DNA of 64,000 nt from Selaginella moellendorffii. Taxonomy: Eukaryota > Plantae > Lycopodiophyta. Shown here piece by piece: positions 48,702 to 60,960 of this stretch (position 1 is the stretch's first letter; each line of letters begins with the position of its first letter). The notes beneath the pieces are model-generated. The model did not search any database and was not told where the DNA came from. It was given only the letters and a program-made list of their open reading frames with translations. Both the position numbers and the translations under genes were made by a program. The DNA lies in NCBI RefSeq assembly GCF_000143415.4, contig NW_003314367.1:1-64000 (forward strand). Direction: 5' to 3'.

Positions 48702-51700
48702 ATGGCAAAGGCAGGGCGGAAGCGAACCAAGGCGGAGACGGAACCTCCTCCAGAGCTGGAGCCTCCGGTTGAACGAGAGGCTATGGATGAGGAATCCTTG
48801 CATGAGGAGGACTTTAATGAGGAAACTTCCAAACAGGAGTCCGGTGGCGAGGTTTAGTCGTCCAAGGCTTGATTGGACGTGCTAGAAGGATAGTTGGCAC
48901 AAACCAATGCCCTGCTGGAGACTCTCGTACGCAAGCTAAAGCATGACGAGAAGCGGAAGATAAAGAGAAAGACTGCGGATGCTGGCAGCGCAGAAGGTGC
49001 GGCAGGGACTGAGGCAAAACCAAACAAGGTCAAACAGACCGAAGTAGAATCAATCCCTCAGGTAGTTCCCAAGTACAAACCAAAGCCCCCACCGGTCTTC
49101 AAGGGAGTGAATGACTATAAGGTGGTGGAGGATTGGTTTTATGATATGGAGGACTACTTTCGAGTGTTGCGATTACCGAGCTCGGAGAAGGTCCCATGTG
49201 CAAAACCATACTTGGCAGATAATGCCAAGTCTTGGTGGATAATGACGGAAGCCAACGAAGGACCAGTGGCCACTTGGGACATGATGAAGGCGAGGATCTG
49301 CGCAACATATGTGCCTTCGAATGCCACTCTGCATCTGAGAGATGAGCTGAGTAGGCTGAAGCAAACTGGAACCATCCAGGAATATGTGAATGGGTTCATG
49401 GCAAAGAGGATACTTTTCACGGACATGGGGGATATGGATGCGTTCCATGCCTTCATATCAAGTTTGCAAACCTAGGCTTGCGGTGAGGTGATGCGCTGGA
49501 ACCCGACCAACTACAAGGAAGCGTTGGATGCGGCCATCAAGGTGCATTTCAACGATAACCTGCAAAAGGGGAACACGACGGGGTCGGGATCCACGTTTAG
49601 CAAAGGGGCAAAACCAAGGGGAATGTATAGCAGGGGGAAATTCAAGAAGAGTTTCTCTAAGAATGAGTCCTTGGGGTTCCGGAAAGGCAAATCCGGTAGC
49701 CAGCGAGCGAGTACGTGGGGGAGTCAAGCGAAAAGAGACAAACCCATGGATAAGAAGGTCAAGTCGTATAGCAGCGTGGGAAACAACGTATGCTGCAACT
49801 GCGGTGAAGCGGGACACTTTTCGAGGGAATGTCCCTACCCGAAGAAGGCCAGAGCCAATATGGCCATCAAGTCGGGTGAAGTCCAAACTGAGGTATGTGA
49901 TCCAGTCCCTAACTCAAAGTTACTCATTACACAAGCAACTTTGGTAGAGAGTCGTTCGCGACATCTACTAGCCCTCCGAGGGAAGCTCGGAGGTAGCTTT
50001 GTTAAGATCCTTATTGACACGGGTGCTTCGGATAATTTTGTGGCTGCAGACATAGTCCGGCAAGCCGGACTAACGGTGCAGCGGCTAGGCGAACCAAGGA
50101 CTATAGAGTTTGTTCAAGGTAGCCAAAGCACTGATGGAGGTACTTCGACAAGCGAGAGTCGAAGTAGGGACATGGAAAGTAGACATGGATTTCACCGTGT
50201 TGGACATGGCGGGATTTGACGTGATCTTCGGAATGGATTGGTTTAATCAGTTCGTGGAAGCCCTGCATGGACAAGGTAGGAACCTTGTGGTATTGGCGAA
50301 TGCCCAAGGAAGAAGATCTAGGGTGGAAGGATCTAAAGGTAGGGCAAAGCAAGGCCAAAGATTCCTGCTTAAATCTGGTGTCCACGAGAGGACAACTCAC
50401 TAAAGGAACTAAGGTAGCCTTTTTGTGCTTACTCTCGATGAAGAGTGACAAAAAGACAGGAACGGAAGAAGTACCTTTAGTGATCTAGCGGGTGTTGGAC
50501 CAATTCCAGGATACCATGCTGAAGGAGCTACTGGTGGGGTTGCCCCCCGCACGACCAATAGAATATAAGATTGAGCTGGTCAAGGGTGCTGAGGTGGTGG
50601 TTTGTCCCCCCTATCGTTTGAACGAAAAAGAACTCAAGGAGCTCAAGTGCCAACTAGAGGAGTTGGTAGACAAAGGGTATGTTAGGTTGAGCAAGTCGCC
50701 GTATTGGGCACCGGTGTTATTTGTGAAAAAGAAAGATGGTTCTATGCGCATGTGCATAGACTACCGGTTGCTCAACAAGTATACAAAGAAGAACAAGTAC
50801 CTTTTGCCAAGAATTGAGGACTTGTTTGATAGGTTGGGAAAGGCAAAATACTTCTCGAGGATTGACCTAAGGTCAGGATACTACCAGATCAGGGTAGCCG
50901 AGGAAGATGTCGAGAAGACAACCTGTCGAACGAGGTATGGGAGCTTTGAGTTTCTGGTGATGCCCTTCGGGCTATGCGATGCGCCGGCAATGTTTTCGGT
51001 GCTGATGAACCACATCTTTGTACCCTATCTGGATCACTTCGTGATCGTCTATATCGACGACATCCTGATCTACAGCGAGACGCTAGAGGAGCATGTCGAA
51101 CACTTGGCGAAGGTGTTTGAGAAACTAAGGGAACACAAACTGTATGCTAAAGAGAGCAAATGTGACTTTGCTCAACAAGAGGTAAAGTTTCTCGGGCATG
51201 TGGTGGGCCAGGACGGGCTCAAGGTGGACCCGGAGAAGGTGCAAGCGATCCAGGAATGGGAGCGACCATCGAATGTACATGAGTTGAGGGCATTCTTGGG
51301 GCTATGCAACTACTATCGAAAGTTTATCAGACACTATTCGATGCCCTGCCCTTAACGGACCGAGGGTAGCCCTGCCCTTAACGGACCAAACAGGAAAAGG
51401 GAAGATGGTTTGGACAGCGGAATGCGAGGCAGCATTCATCCACCTCAAAGGGAAGTTGAGGAAGGCTCCCGTGTTGGCATTACCAAACTTTGGTAAGGAC
51501 TTTGAGGTAGAAACGGATGCTTCGGATTTTGCGTTGGGTGCAGTTTTGAAGCAAGACAACCATCCAGTAGCGTTCTTCTCGAAGAAGTTGGACAAGGCTC
51601 AACGGAAGTGGCTTGCCCACGAGAAGGAATTGTTTGCGGTGGTCAAGGTGCTCAAGGAGTGGCGACACTACCTTGGGAGACACTTCAAGGTCTACACGGA

Positions 51701-52437
51701 CAATATGGCAATGAAACACTTCTTGTCACAGCCCGACCTGAGAGGGAAACAAGATCGGTGGGCCAATGCCTTGGCCGAGTTTGATTGCGAGATTCTGTAC
51801 AAGCCTGGGAAGAGCAACATCGTGGCGGATGCGCTAAGTCGAAAAGCGAGCTTGAGGTTGGCGATATCCAGCGCAATAGCAACCTTCTGGGACAATGTGC
51901 GGATAGCATATGAGAACGATGGTCTAGCACAAGAAGTGTTGCTGAGGAATCTAGAGGCACGGGAATCTCACCAGAGAGGTGAGCTGCCAACAGAAGAGAA
52001 AACGGGCTATGCGGAATACAATGGACTCATCTATTACAAGCAAACGAGGGTGTATGTTCCAAAAGGGGAACTAAGGAAGGTAGCCTTAGAAGAGTGTCAT
52101 GACGGACCTCTTGCGGGACACGGCGGAGTGCCCAAGACGATGGGCTTACTCAAGAGGAAGTACCATTGGCCAGATATGGCTAAGAACATCCAAGACTATG
52201 TAAAGACATGTCCAATATGTTAGCAGGTCAAAGTTGTGACTAAGGCTAGTGGGGGCTTGTTGCAAAGCATCCCAATTTCAGATCGTCCATGGAAATGTTT
52301 TACGATGGACTTCATCACGGGACTTCCCCCAAGCAAGGGGTTTGATGCGATATTCATGGTGGTGGACCGATTTTTGAAAATGGCACATTTCATACCCACC
52401 ACAACAGAAGTGGATGCGGAAGGTGTGACGAAGCTGT
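48702..52437 (+). pseudogene. gag-pol of the chromovirus with stops and frameshifts; integrase and chromodomain continue at 57851-58892
   Basis: CCNCGEAGHFSREC zinc knuckle; LIDTGAS protease; RT 'MPFGL' and '[10 protein letters not shown]'; RNase H 'ETDASDFALGAVL..ELFAVV..ADALSR'; integrase zinc finger H..H..CPIC. Confidence 0.95.
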
Positions 52438-55400
52438 TGTAAGCCACAAATTTTTCCTTTCCAATTTGCCAGCTTACCTCGTCTATCCGACCAACATTGC
52501 CTTGGCTTGTGCTAAGTTCCCTTGCCAAGGTTCTCGCCTATTGTACCACCTCCTACTTGGTCCTACTTGGTTTCAACTACTCACTGCACGAGCAATGGGG
52601 TGTTAGCTATCCATCTACGGATTCCCAAATCTCCCCTAATCCCCCTCCCCGGGTTAGACTGGACTTAAGGTTCGGCTACACTCCCCGCAGGCATAAGCAG
52701 CCAAGCACACCAAGCCACTAGGTTCCTAACACCCCTTGGTACAACAAGACTTGATCATGGGACCCTCTAAATCCCAAGCCTTGGGTGCAGCACTTGCTTC
52801 AGGACATCGGGGCGAAATACCGTGGCCTATCGGCCCGGTATGGGTACCTCTACCCCCCTACTTCCATCCCGAAGGGAAGGCCCAAGCCCCTAAAAAGGGC
52901 GAGGACCAATGAGCCACAAGGTACTCAAGTGGGGCACCACTCCACATGAGCCGGGAGCACCACAGTTAGTTTCCTTTTTGGGAGTGGGAGCTGCTCTTGA
53001 ACACTTCCCTGGGTGGCCCCTCCGGCACCACCCAAGCCCATGCTCACTCCCACCCAAGGCCCCTCGGCCCCAGTCTCAACCTCAAGTCAATTTGGAAGCA
53101 CCACTGGAGAGTTCCTTCAAGACTGGTTCCTGGACCTCACTATCCCTACTATACTTTTGGAACCCCCTGCAGCCCCCCCCCCCCTTGGGAGACGCACGCT
53201 TTGGGCTTTCACCCCTTAACCCGTATTAGTATTTGGACTTAGTCTCTGGCTCGATCTCGAACTCAATCTCGGATCCGACTTCGGATTCGGTCTCAAACAC
53301 GATCTCGGACCCGATCTCGGACCCGACCTCGGACCTGACCTCGGACTCGACCTCGGACTCGGTCTCGGACCTGATTTCGGATCTCGGACTCCATCTCGAA
53401 CTCGGTCTCGAACTTGGTCTTGAACTCGGTCTCCAAGTCGGTCTTGGACTCGATTCCGGACTCTATCTCGAACTCGGTCTTAGAGTCGGTCTTGGACTCG
53501 ATCTTAGACTTAGTCCTATCCGATGAACTCTTTATCATTTTGGTCATGCCTTCGGGGCTCCTTTAGCCTACGACATCTCGGCGAGTTGGTTATTTACAAC
53601 TCCACCACCAATAGAAGAAGTTCGATGCCCACATCGAACATCTCTTTTTTATTCTACGACTTGTTGACCATGTCTCTAGGGGCATCCCCCCATTTAGCAG
53701 TGTGCCTAAGTTAGCCTCCCCGGCCAAGAGCCTATGACAACGGAATATAGGTGTCCCTATACTTCTCACCTCACCACGCCCTAGTATGGGGCCGAGACTT
53801 GAACCCAACCTTGCTTGGGGTACATGAGGCGATGAGGTACAAGATTTTTCTCATGGGCTTGCAACAGGGGAGACAGCCGTGGCGACTCATGTTCCGGCAG
53901 AGCCTCCTAGCGATACGCCCCAAACACAATGCAGCCAAACCGTGGGAGGAGGACCCACGGTGGCTCTTCGCAGAAGGACCGACGCAGGTAGTAAGGGGGG
54001 GCAACTTCGTCCAGAGCCTTCATTGACTGTGGAGAGCCTTTCCGCTGGAGCAAACACCACCGACTAGGGCCGAGGAGTGGCTCAACCAGCCTTTGTTTTT
54101 CAACGCACTGTTCAAAGAGGGAGGTGTGACACGAGGACGAGAGGCACACCACACGATCTGGAGGAAAATGCACGCAAATGGATTCTGGACAATGAAGCAG
54201 CTGGTGGGAGTGATTGACAGGGATTGGAGGTGAACAGCGAGAAGGACTCAAGTGTTTGGACCCTGGAAGCGACGTAACATCCTGCTGGACGTTCTGCGAC
54301 TCCTCCGAGTGGTGAACAACACGAAAGCAGGGACGAAGTGGCCGAGAAGATGCCTTCAAGCAGGGGACTTTGTGGCGATCCAGCGACAAACAGAGTGGGA
54401 GGAACACGATGCTGTGCGACGTCCGCTAGGGACGTGGACTCGAGCATTCACCGCACCTACACCAGCATGGGAAGAAGGGGACGTTGAGGTGTGGTTCGTT
54501 GCTGCACTAGAGCTCAACATAGGACTGCTCGCATCACGAGAGGAGACACGCTTCTCCCGGTGGGTGAGAGACAAGAGATGCCGGACGTCACGGACGGTGA
54601 GGTACGTGGGAGGATCCGTGTGCTTAGGCACTCACCCAAGAGGCTGGACGTGGTGGACTCGGAAGACCGGCTGGAGGGCGATGGATCACTGATATGGTGG
54701 CGACAGCAGCTACTAGAAGATCTGGACTGGGACCCTGCTGCATGGCAACGAGGGACAGGAAGCTTTTTCTCCTATGCAGTCAAGGAAGCGCGGAATGGAC
54801 TACTGACATCACGAGAGGAGGCGAGAGAGGAGATTCTGAAGCTGTGGCAGAAGTGGATAGCACAGGGGGTCGGCGCGGAGCAAGTGGTAGACAACACGAT
54901 TCACTTTTGGAAGTTGCCCGTGTAGGAAAAAGTGAAAGTCACCTCGTGGTTGGTAGCAAACAATGGGCTTCCAGTTGGACAGCGATTCCAGGATGACGCG
55001 AGTCGCAGGTGCAGGGAGTGTGACGAAATCGAGACAGTCAAGCATGCACTGTGGGAGTGTGACACGGCAAAGGAGGTGTGGCACCAGATTATTAAGGCAG
55101 GGAAGGAGTTGGGCGTGACACAGGATTTCGAGGCCCGCAATGGGGATGTGCTTCACTGGTTTGAGGAAGCGAGGGGCCCTGCCCAGGGCCCAGCCTTACG
55201 ACACATCAGGTGCAGAGGACGACACGGCTGGGGGATTCAGGTCCGGTGGGACATGACCGGGGCGGAGGTAGGAGTCCCCGTGTGGGAGGCGCTTGGACAT
55301 GCTCGATGGGCGATATGGCGTGTGACGGGAGTCCAGGCCCTTTGGGAAGCACGTAACCGGGCGCACTTCGAAGGGACACAGGTCAGAGTATCACAGGTAC

Positions 55401-57845
55401 TGGTAGAGTGGTGGAGACTTACACTGGCGGCAATACGGCTTCACCATGCTATCCTCCGGGACAGGGGGAAGCTCGAGAGGCTCGAGGAGTGGCAGAAAGC
55501 ATGGTTGCCATGTTTTGGTAGAGGAGATCACAAGGATGTTCGTTGGAGATGGCGCCCCCCAGAGTCAATCTTGCGGTCAGCACGAAGGGGGGACATGGAT
55601 CTGGACGTGATACAACGGAGACGACCGCAGCTACTTCTACTGCAGGCCTAGTCTCACTTTAGATGAGGGAGATCACCACTAGGTAGCATGAGCTTCGGGC
55701 AGCATGCCCAGTTTTTGTATTAGTCCCTACGGGACATTGGGGAATGTACATACACGTTTCATTGAACCCAACCTTGCTTTACTAGGGGGTTGGGACTCGA
55801 ACCCAACCTCTGTAGAATACGTGTATGGATTCAACATCCCCGCAGGGAGTCGGGCGTAATTCCCTACGCCTGGTCGACCTAGTTAACCCATGCTAATTAG
55901 CTTACCTTCGGCGCACTTTCGGGTCCCAACATATGCCATTGCTCAACTTCTCAAATTGATACTTTTAATTGAACTTTGCATATGTACATAGAGTTCTGCC
56001 TTGCAGAAATTCCTCCACTAGATCTTGCGCGTTTGCTAGGTTCTCCTCCGGTTCCCATGTTGCTTCGCAGTGTGGAAATCCTTTCCACTTCACATGGAAC
56101 TCTCTCACCTCACGTCCTTGTCGCTTGCTCTTGCGCACATTGAGGATGGCCTCGACTTCGTATTCCTCTTCCCCTTGGATAACCTCAGGTAAAGGTCTTA
56201 CTTGGTCCTTGCGAAGCGGATGCTCAAAATACGGCTTGAGTAAGTTCACGTGGAACATGGGATGCATCTTCCCCATTTCTTGAGGAAGTCGGAGACGATA
56301 AGCCACTTTACCGATTCGAGCCTCAATTTCGTAAGGCCCCACGAACCTTCTTAAGGAACTCAAGATCAATTCATTTACAGGAATGCATGATTTTTACCTT
56401 TGGGTAAACTTTCGGCTGATCCCACTTGGTAGCCTGAGGTTCTTGGTGTTCAGCAACACCTTCTCCCCAGCTTGGAACTCTACGTCCCAGCGTTTCTGGT
56501 TTGCGTACTTGGTTTGCATTTGTTGCGCCCGTTCCAAGGAATCCCTCACTAGATTCCAAATGTTGAGTCTTTCCGCCGTGAATGCCTCCACTGCGGGTAG
56601 CTCTCCATAATACTCGGCCACGCCGAGTTCCACAGGACCTTCAATAGCTCGCCCATTGATGACTTCCCATGGACTCACCCCGATACTCGAATGTGGTGAG
56701 TTGTTATAACACATTTCCGCAAGTGCCAAATGACTTACCCAATTGGTCTGGTCTCCTGAGACATAGCATCGCAAATAATCCTCCAGCTGCCTATTCACCC
56801 TTTCTGTTTGTCCGTCTGTCAAGAAGTGTTAGTGCCACCAAACTTGACTTAATACCCCATACCTGTCTGTGGGTGATAGGCTGTGCTGAATTTCAACTTA
56901 GTGCGATACTGTTCCAAGAGAGTCCTCCAGAACCTACTAGTGAAGATCTTATCTCGATCTGAGATGATCTCTTCCGGCCTTCCCTGCACTCAAACCACTT
57001 GTTTGAAGAACAGCTTCGCCACACCTTCCGCATCCACTTCCGTTGTGGTGGGTATGAAATGTGCCATTTTTGAAAATTGGTCCACCACCACGAATATCGC
57101 ATCAAACCCCTCGCTTGGGGGAAGTCCCGTGATGAAGTCCATTGTAAAACATTTCCACGGACGATCTGGAATTGGGATGCTTTGCAACAAGCCCCCACTA
57201 GCCTTAGTCACGGCTTTGACTTGCTGACATGTTGGACATGTCTTTACATAATCTTGGACGTCCTTAACCATATCTGGCCAATGGTACTTCCTCTTGAGTA
57301 AACCCATCATCTTGGGCACTCTGCTGTGTCCTGCAAGAGGTCCGTCATGACACTCTTCTACAACTACCTTCCTTAGTTCCCCTTCTGGAACATACACCCT
57401 CGTTTACTTGTAATAGATGAGTCCGTTGTGTTCCGCATAGCCCGTTTTCTCTTCCGTTGGCAGCTCACCTCTTTGGTGAGCTTCCCATGCCTCGGACTCG
57501 ATCTCGGACTCGATCTCAGACCCGATCTCGGACCCGATCTCGGACCCGACCTCGGACTCGATCTCAGACCCGATCTCGGACCCGATCTCGGACCCGACCT
57601 CGGACTCGACCTCGGACTCAGTCTCAGACCCAATTTCGGATCTCGGACTCCGTTTCGAACTCGGTCTCGAACTCGGTCTTCGAGTCAATCTCGGACTCGA
57701 TTCCGGACTCTATCTCGAACTCGGTCTTAGAGTCGGTCTTGGACTCGATCTTAGACTTGGTCCCATCCAATGAACTCTTTATCATTTTGGTTATGCCTTC
57801 GGGGCTCCTTTAGCCTACGACACCTCGGCGCGTTAGTTCCTTATA
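52438..57845 (-). mobile_element. Second, internally deleted copy of the same chromovirus inserted antisense into the integrase (5' LTR stub 57845-57491 fused to pol; full 3' LTR 53598-52438)
   Basis: TSD gctgt (52433-52437 / 57846-57850). Integrase ORFs 56394-57397 and chromodomain 'EYEVEAIL..FHVKWKGF..ATWEPEENL' at 55965-56369. Confidence 0.93.
53817..55761 (+). mobile_element. 5'-truncated L1/Tx1-type LINE (ORF2 C-terminus with zf-RVT), degenerate
   Basis: 'FWKLPV..KVKVTSWL..CREC..ETVKHALWEC..VW..LWEARN'. An 18-bp TSD ttgaacccaaccttgctt lies at 53799-53816 and 55762-55779. The insert is absent from the sister copy at 59075-59100. Confidence 0.9.
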
Positions 57846-57850
57846 GCTGT

Positions 57851-58892
57851 TCTTCGAACAAGTGGTTCGAGTGCAAGGAAGGCCGGAAGAGATCATCTCA
57901 AATCGAGATAAGATCTTCACTAGTAGGTTCTGGAGGACTCTCCTGGAACAGTATCGCACCAAGTTGAAATTCAGCACAGCCTATCACCCACAGACAGGTA
58001 TGGAGTATTAAGTCAAGTTTGGTGGCACTAACACTTCTTGATAGACGGACAAACGGAAAGGGTGAATAGGCAGCTGGAGGATTATTTGCGATGCTATGTC
58101 TCGGGAGACCAGATCGATTGGGTAAGTCATTTGGGACTTGCGGAAATGTGTTATAACAACTCACCACATTCGAGTATCGGGGTGAGTCCATAGGAAGTCA
58201 TCAATGGGCGAGCTATTGAAGGTCCTGTGGAACTCGGTGTGGCCGAGTATCATGGAGAGCTACCCATAGTGGAGGCATTCACTGCAGAAAGACTCAACAT
58301 TTGGAATCTAGTGAGGGATTCCTTGGAATGGGCGCAACAAAGGCAAACCAAGTACACGAACCAGAAGTGCCAGGAGAGTTCCAAGCTGGGGAGAAGGTGT
58401 GGCTGAACACCAAGAACCTCAGGCTACCAAGTGGGATTAGCCGAAAGTTGACCCAAAGGTTAAAACACATGTATTCCTGTAAATGAATTGATCTTGAGTT
58501 CCTTAAGCAGGTTCGCGGGGCCTTACGAGATTGAGGCACGAATCGGTAAAGTGGCTTACTGACTCCGACTTCCTCGAGAGATGGGGAAGATGCACCCAGT
58601 GTTCCACGTGAACTTACTCAAGCTGTACTTTGAGAATCCGCTTCGTAAGGACCAAGTAAGACCTTTACCTGAGGTTATCCAAGGGGAAGAGGAATACGAA
58701 GTCGAGGCCATCCTCAATGCGTGCAAGAGCAAGCGACAAGGACGCGAGGTGAGAGAGTTCCATGTGAAGTGGAAAGGATTTCCACACTACGAAGCAACAT
58801 GGGAACCGGAGGAGAACCTAGCGAACGCGCGAGATCTAGTGGAGGAATTTCTGCAAGGCAGAACTCTATGTACTTATGCAAAGTTCAATTAA
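57851..58892 (+). pseudogene. Integrase C-half plus chromodomain of the + strand chromovirus
   Basis: 'TDGQTERVNRQLEDYLR', GPY/F motif, 'MHPVFHVNLLK' and the chromodomain ORF 58581-58892. Confidence 0.92.
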
Positions 58893-60960
58893 AGTATCAA
58901 TTTGTGAAGTTGAGCAATGGCATATGTTGGGACCCGAAGGCGCGCCGAAGGTAAGCTAATTAGCATGGGATAGCTAGGTCGACCAGGCGTAGGGAATTAT
59001 GCCTGACTCCCTGCGGGGATGTCGAATCCGTAGATGTATTTTACGGAGGTTGGGTTCGAGTCCCAACCCCCTAGTAAAGGAAGCCTGGGTTCAAGTCCCA
59101 ACCCCATACTAGGGCGTGGTGAGGTGAGGAATATAGGGACACCCAAAGCGTGTGTCTCCCAAGGGGGGGGGGGGGCTGCAGGGGGTTCCAAAAGTATAGT
59201 AGGGATAGTGAGGTCTAGGAACCAGTTTTGAAGGAACTCTCCAGTGGTGCTTCCAAATTGACTTGAGGTTGGGATTGAGACCGAAGGGCCTTGGGTGGGA
59301 GTGAGCATAGACTTTGTTGGTACCAGAGGGGCCATCCAAGGAAGTGCTCAAGAGGAGCTCCCACTCCTGAAAGGGAAACCGACTGCAGTGCTCCCGGCTC
59401 ATGTGGAATGGTGCCCCACTTGAGTACCATGCAGCTCATTGGTCCTCGCCCTTCCTAGGGGCTTGGACCTTCCCTTCAGGATGGAAGTGGGGGGGGGTAG
59501 AGGTACCCATACCGGGCCGTTAGGCCACGGTGTTTCGCCCCGACGTCCTGAAGCAAGTGCTGCACCCAAGGCTTGGGATTTAGAGGGTCCCATGATCAAG
59601 TCTTGTTGTACCCAGGGGTGTTAGGAACCTGGAAGCTGGGTGTGCTTGGCTGCTTGTTCCTGCGGGGAGTGTAGCTGAACTTTAAGTCCAGTCTAACCCG
59701 GGGAGGGGGATTGGGAGAGATTTAGGAATCCGTAGATGGATAGCTAACACTCCGTTGCCTNNNNNNNNNNNNNNNNNNNNNNNNNNNNNNNNNNNNNNNN
59801 NNNNNNNNNNNNNNNNNNNNNNNNNNNNNNNNNNNNNNNNNNNNNNNNNNNNNNNNNNNNGCACAAGCCAAGGCAGTGTTGGTCGGATAAACGAGGTAAG
59901 TTGGCAAATTGGAAAGGAAAAATTTGTGGCTTACACTAAGTTTCCTCGCCAAAGTTCCCGTCTATTGTACCAGCTCCTACCTGGTCCTACTTCGTTTTAG
60001 CTACTCACTGCATGAGCAACAAAACGTTAGCCATCTATCCACGGATTCCCAAATCTCTCCCAATCCCCCTCCCCGGGTTAGACTGGACTTAAGGTTCAGC
60101 TACAGTCCCTGCAGGCACAAGCAACCAAGCACACCAAGCCTCCAAATTCCTAACATTCTTTGGTACCACAAGACTTGATCATGGGACTCTCTAAATCCCA
60201 AGTCTTGGGTGCAACACATGCTTTGGGACGTCGGGGTGAAACACTGTGGCCTAATGGCCTGGTATGGGTACCTCTACCCCCCCACTTCCATCCCGAAGGG
60301 AAGGCCCAAACCCTTAGGAAGGGTGAGGACCAATAAACTACAAGGTACTCAAGTGGGGCACCACTCCATATGAGCCGGGAACACCACAGTCGATTTCCCT
60401 TTCGGGAGTGGGAGCTGCTCTTAAGCACTTCCTTGGGTGGCCCCTCCGGCACCACCCGAGTCCATGCTCATTCCCACCCAAGGCCCCTAGGCCCCAGTCT
60501 CATCCTCAAGTCAGTTTGGAAGCACCACTGGAGAGTTCCTTCAAGCCTGGTTCCTGGACCTCACTATCCCTACTATATTTTTGGAACCCCCTGCAGCCCC
60601 CCCCCCCTTGGGAGACACACGCTTTGGGCTTTCACCCCTTAACCTGTATTAGTTCTCAGACTCGGTCTCGGACTCAATCTCGGACTCAATCTTGGACCCG
60701 ATCTCGGACTCAACTTCAGACTCGACCTCGACTTGGACTCGGACCCGATCTCGGATCTTGGACTCTGTCTCGAACTCGGTCTTGAACTTGGTCTCAGAGT
60801 CGGCCTCGGACTCGATTCCGGACTTTATCTCGAACTCGGTCTTAGAGTCGGTCTTGGACTCAATCTCAAACTCGATCCCATCCGATAAACTCTTTGTCAT
60901 TTCGGTTATGCTTTCGGGGATTCTTTAGCCTACGACATCTCGGGGAGTTGGTTCCTTACA

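Larger units (their letters stand above)
47489..59935 (+). mobile_element. Ty3/gypsy chromovirus, defective: 5' LTR 47489-48642, PBS-Met 48646-48657, 3' LTR 5'-truncated ~59142-59935
   Basis: TSD ctaag (47484-47488 / 59936-59940); gag-PR-RT-RH-INT-chromodomain order. Confidence 0.95.
47410..60960 (-). mobile_element. Solo LTR of the chromovirus family, split into 47410-47488 and 59936-60960
   Basis: TGTAA..TTACA ends; flanking TSD taaga (47405-47409) / caaga (60961-60965). Confidence 0.88.

Noticed and set aside
53817-55761. Antisense extra ORF as a native chromovirus gene
   Set aside because: It is bounded by an 18-bp TSD and absent from the sister copy, so it is a LINE insertion.
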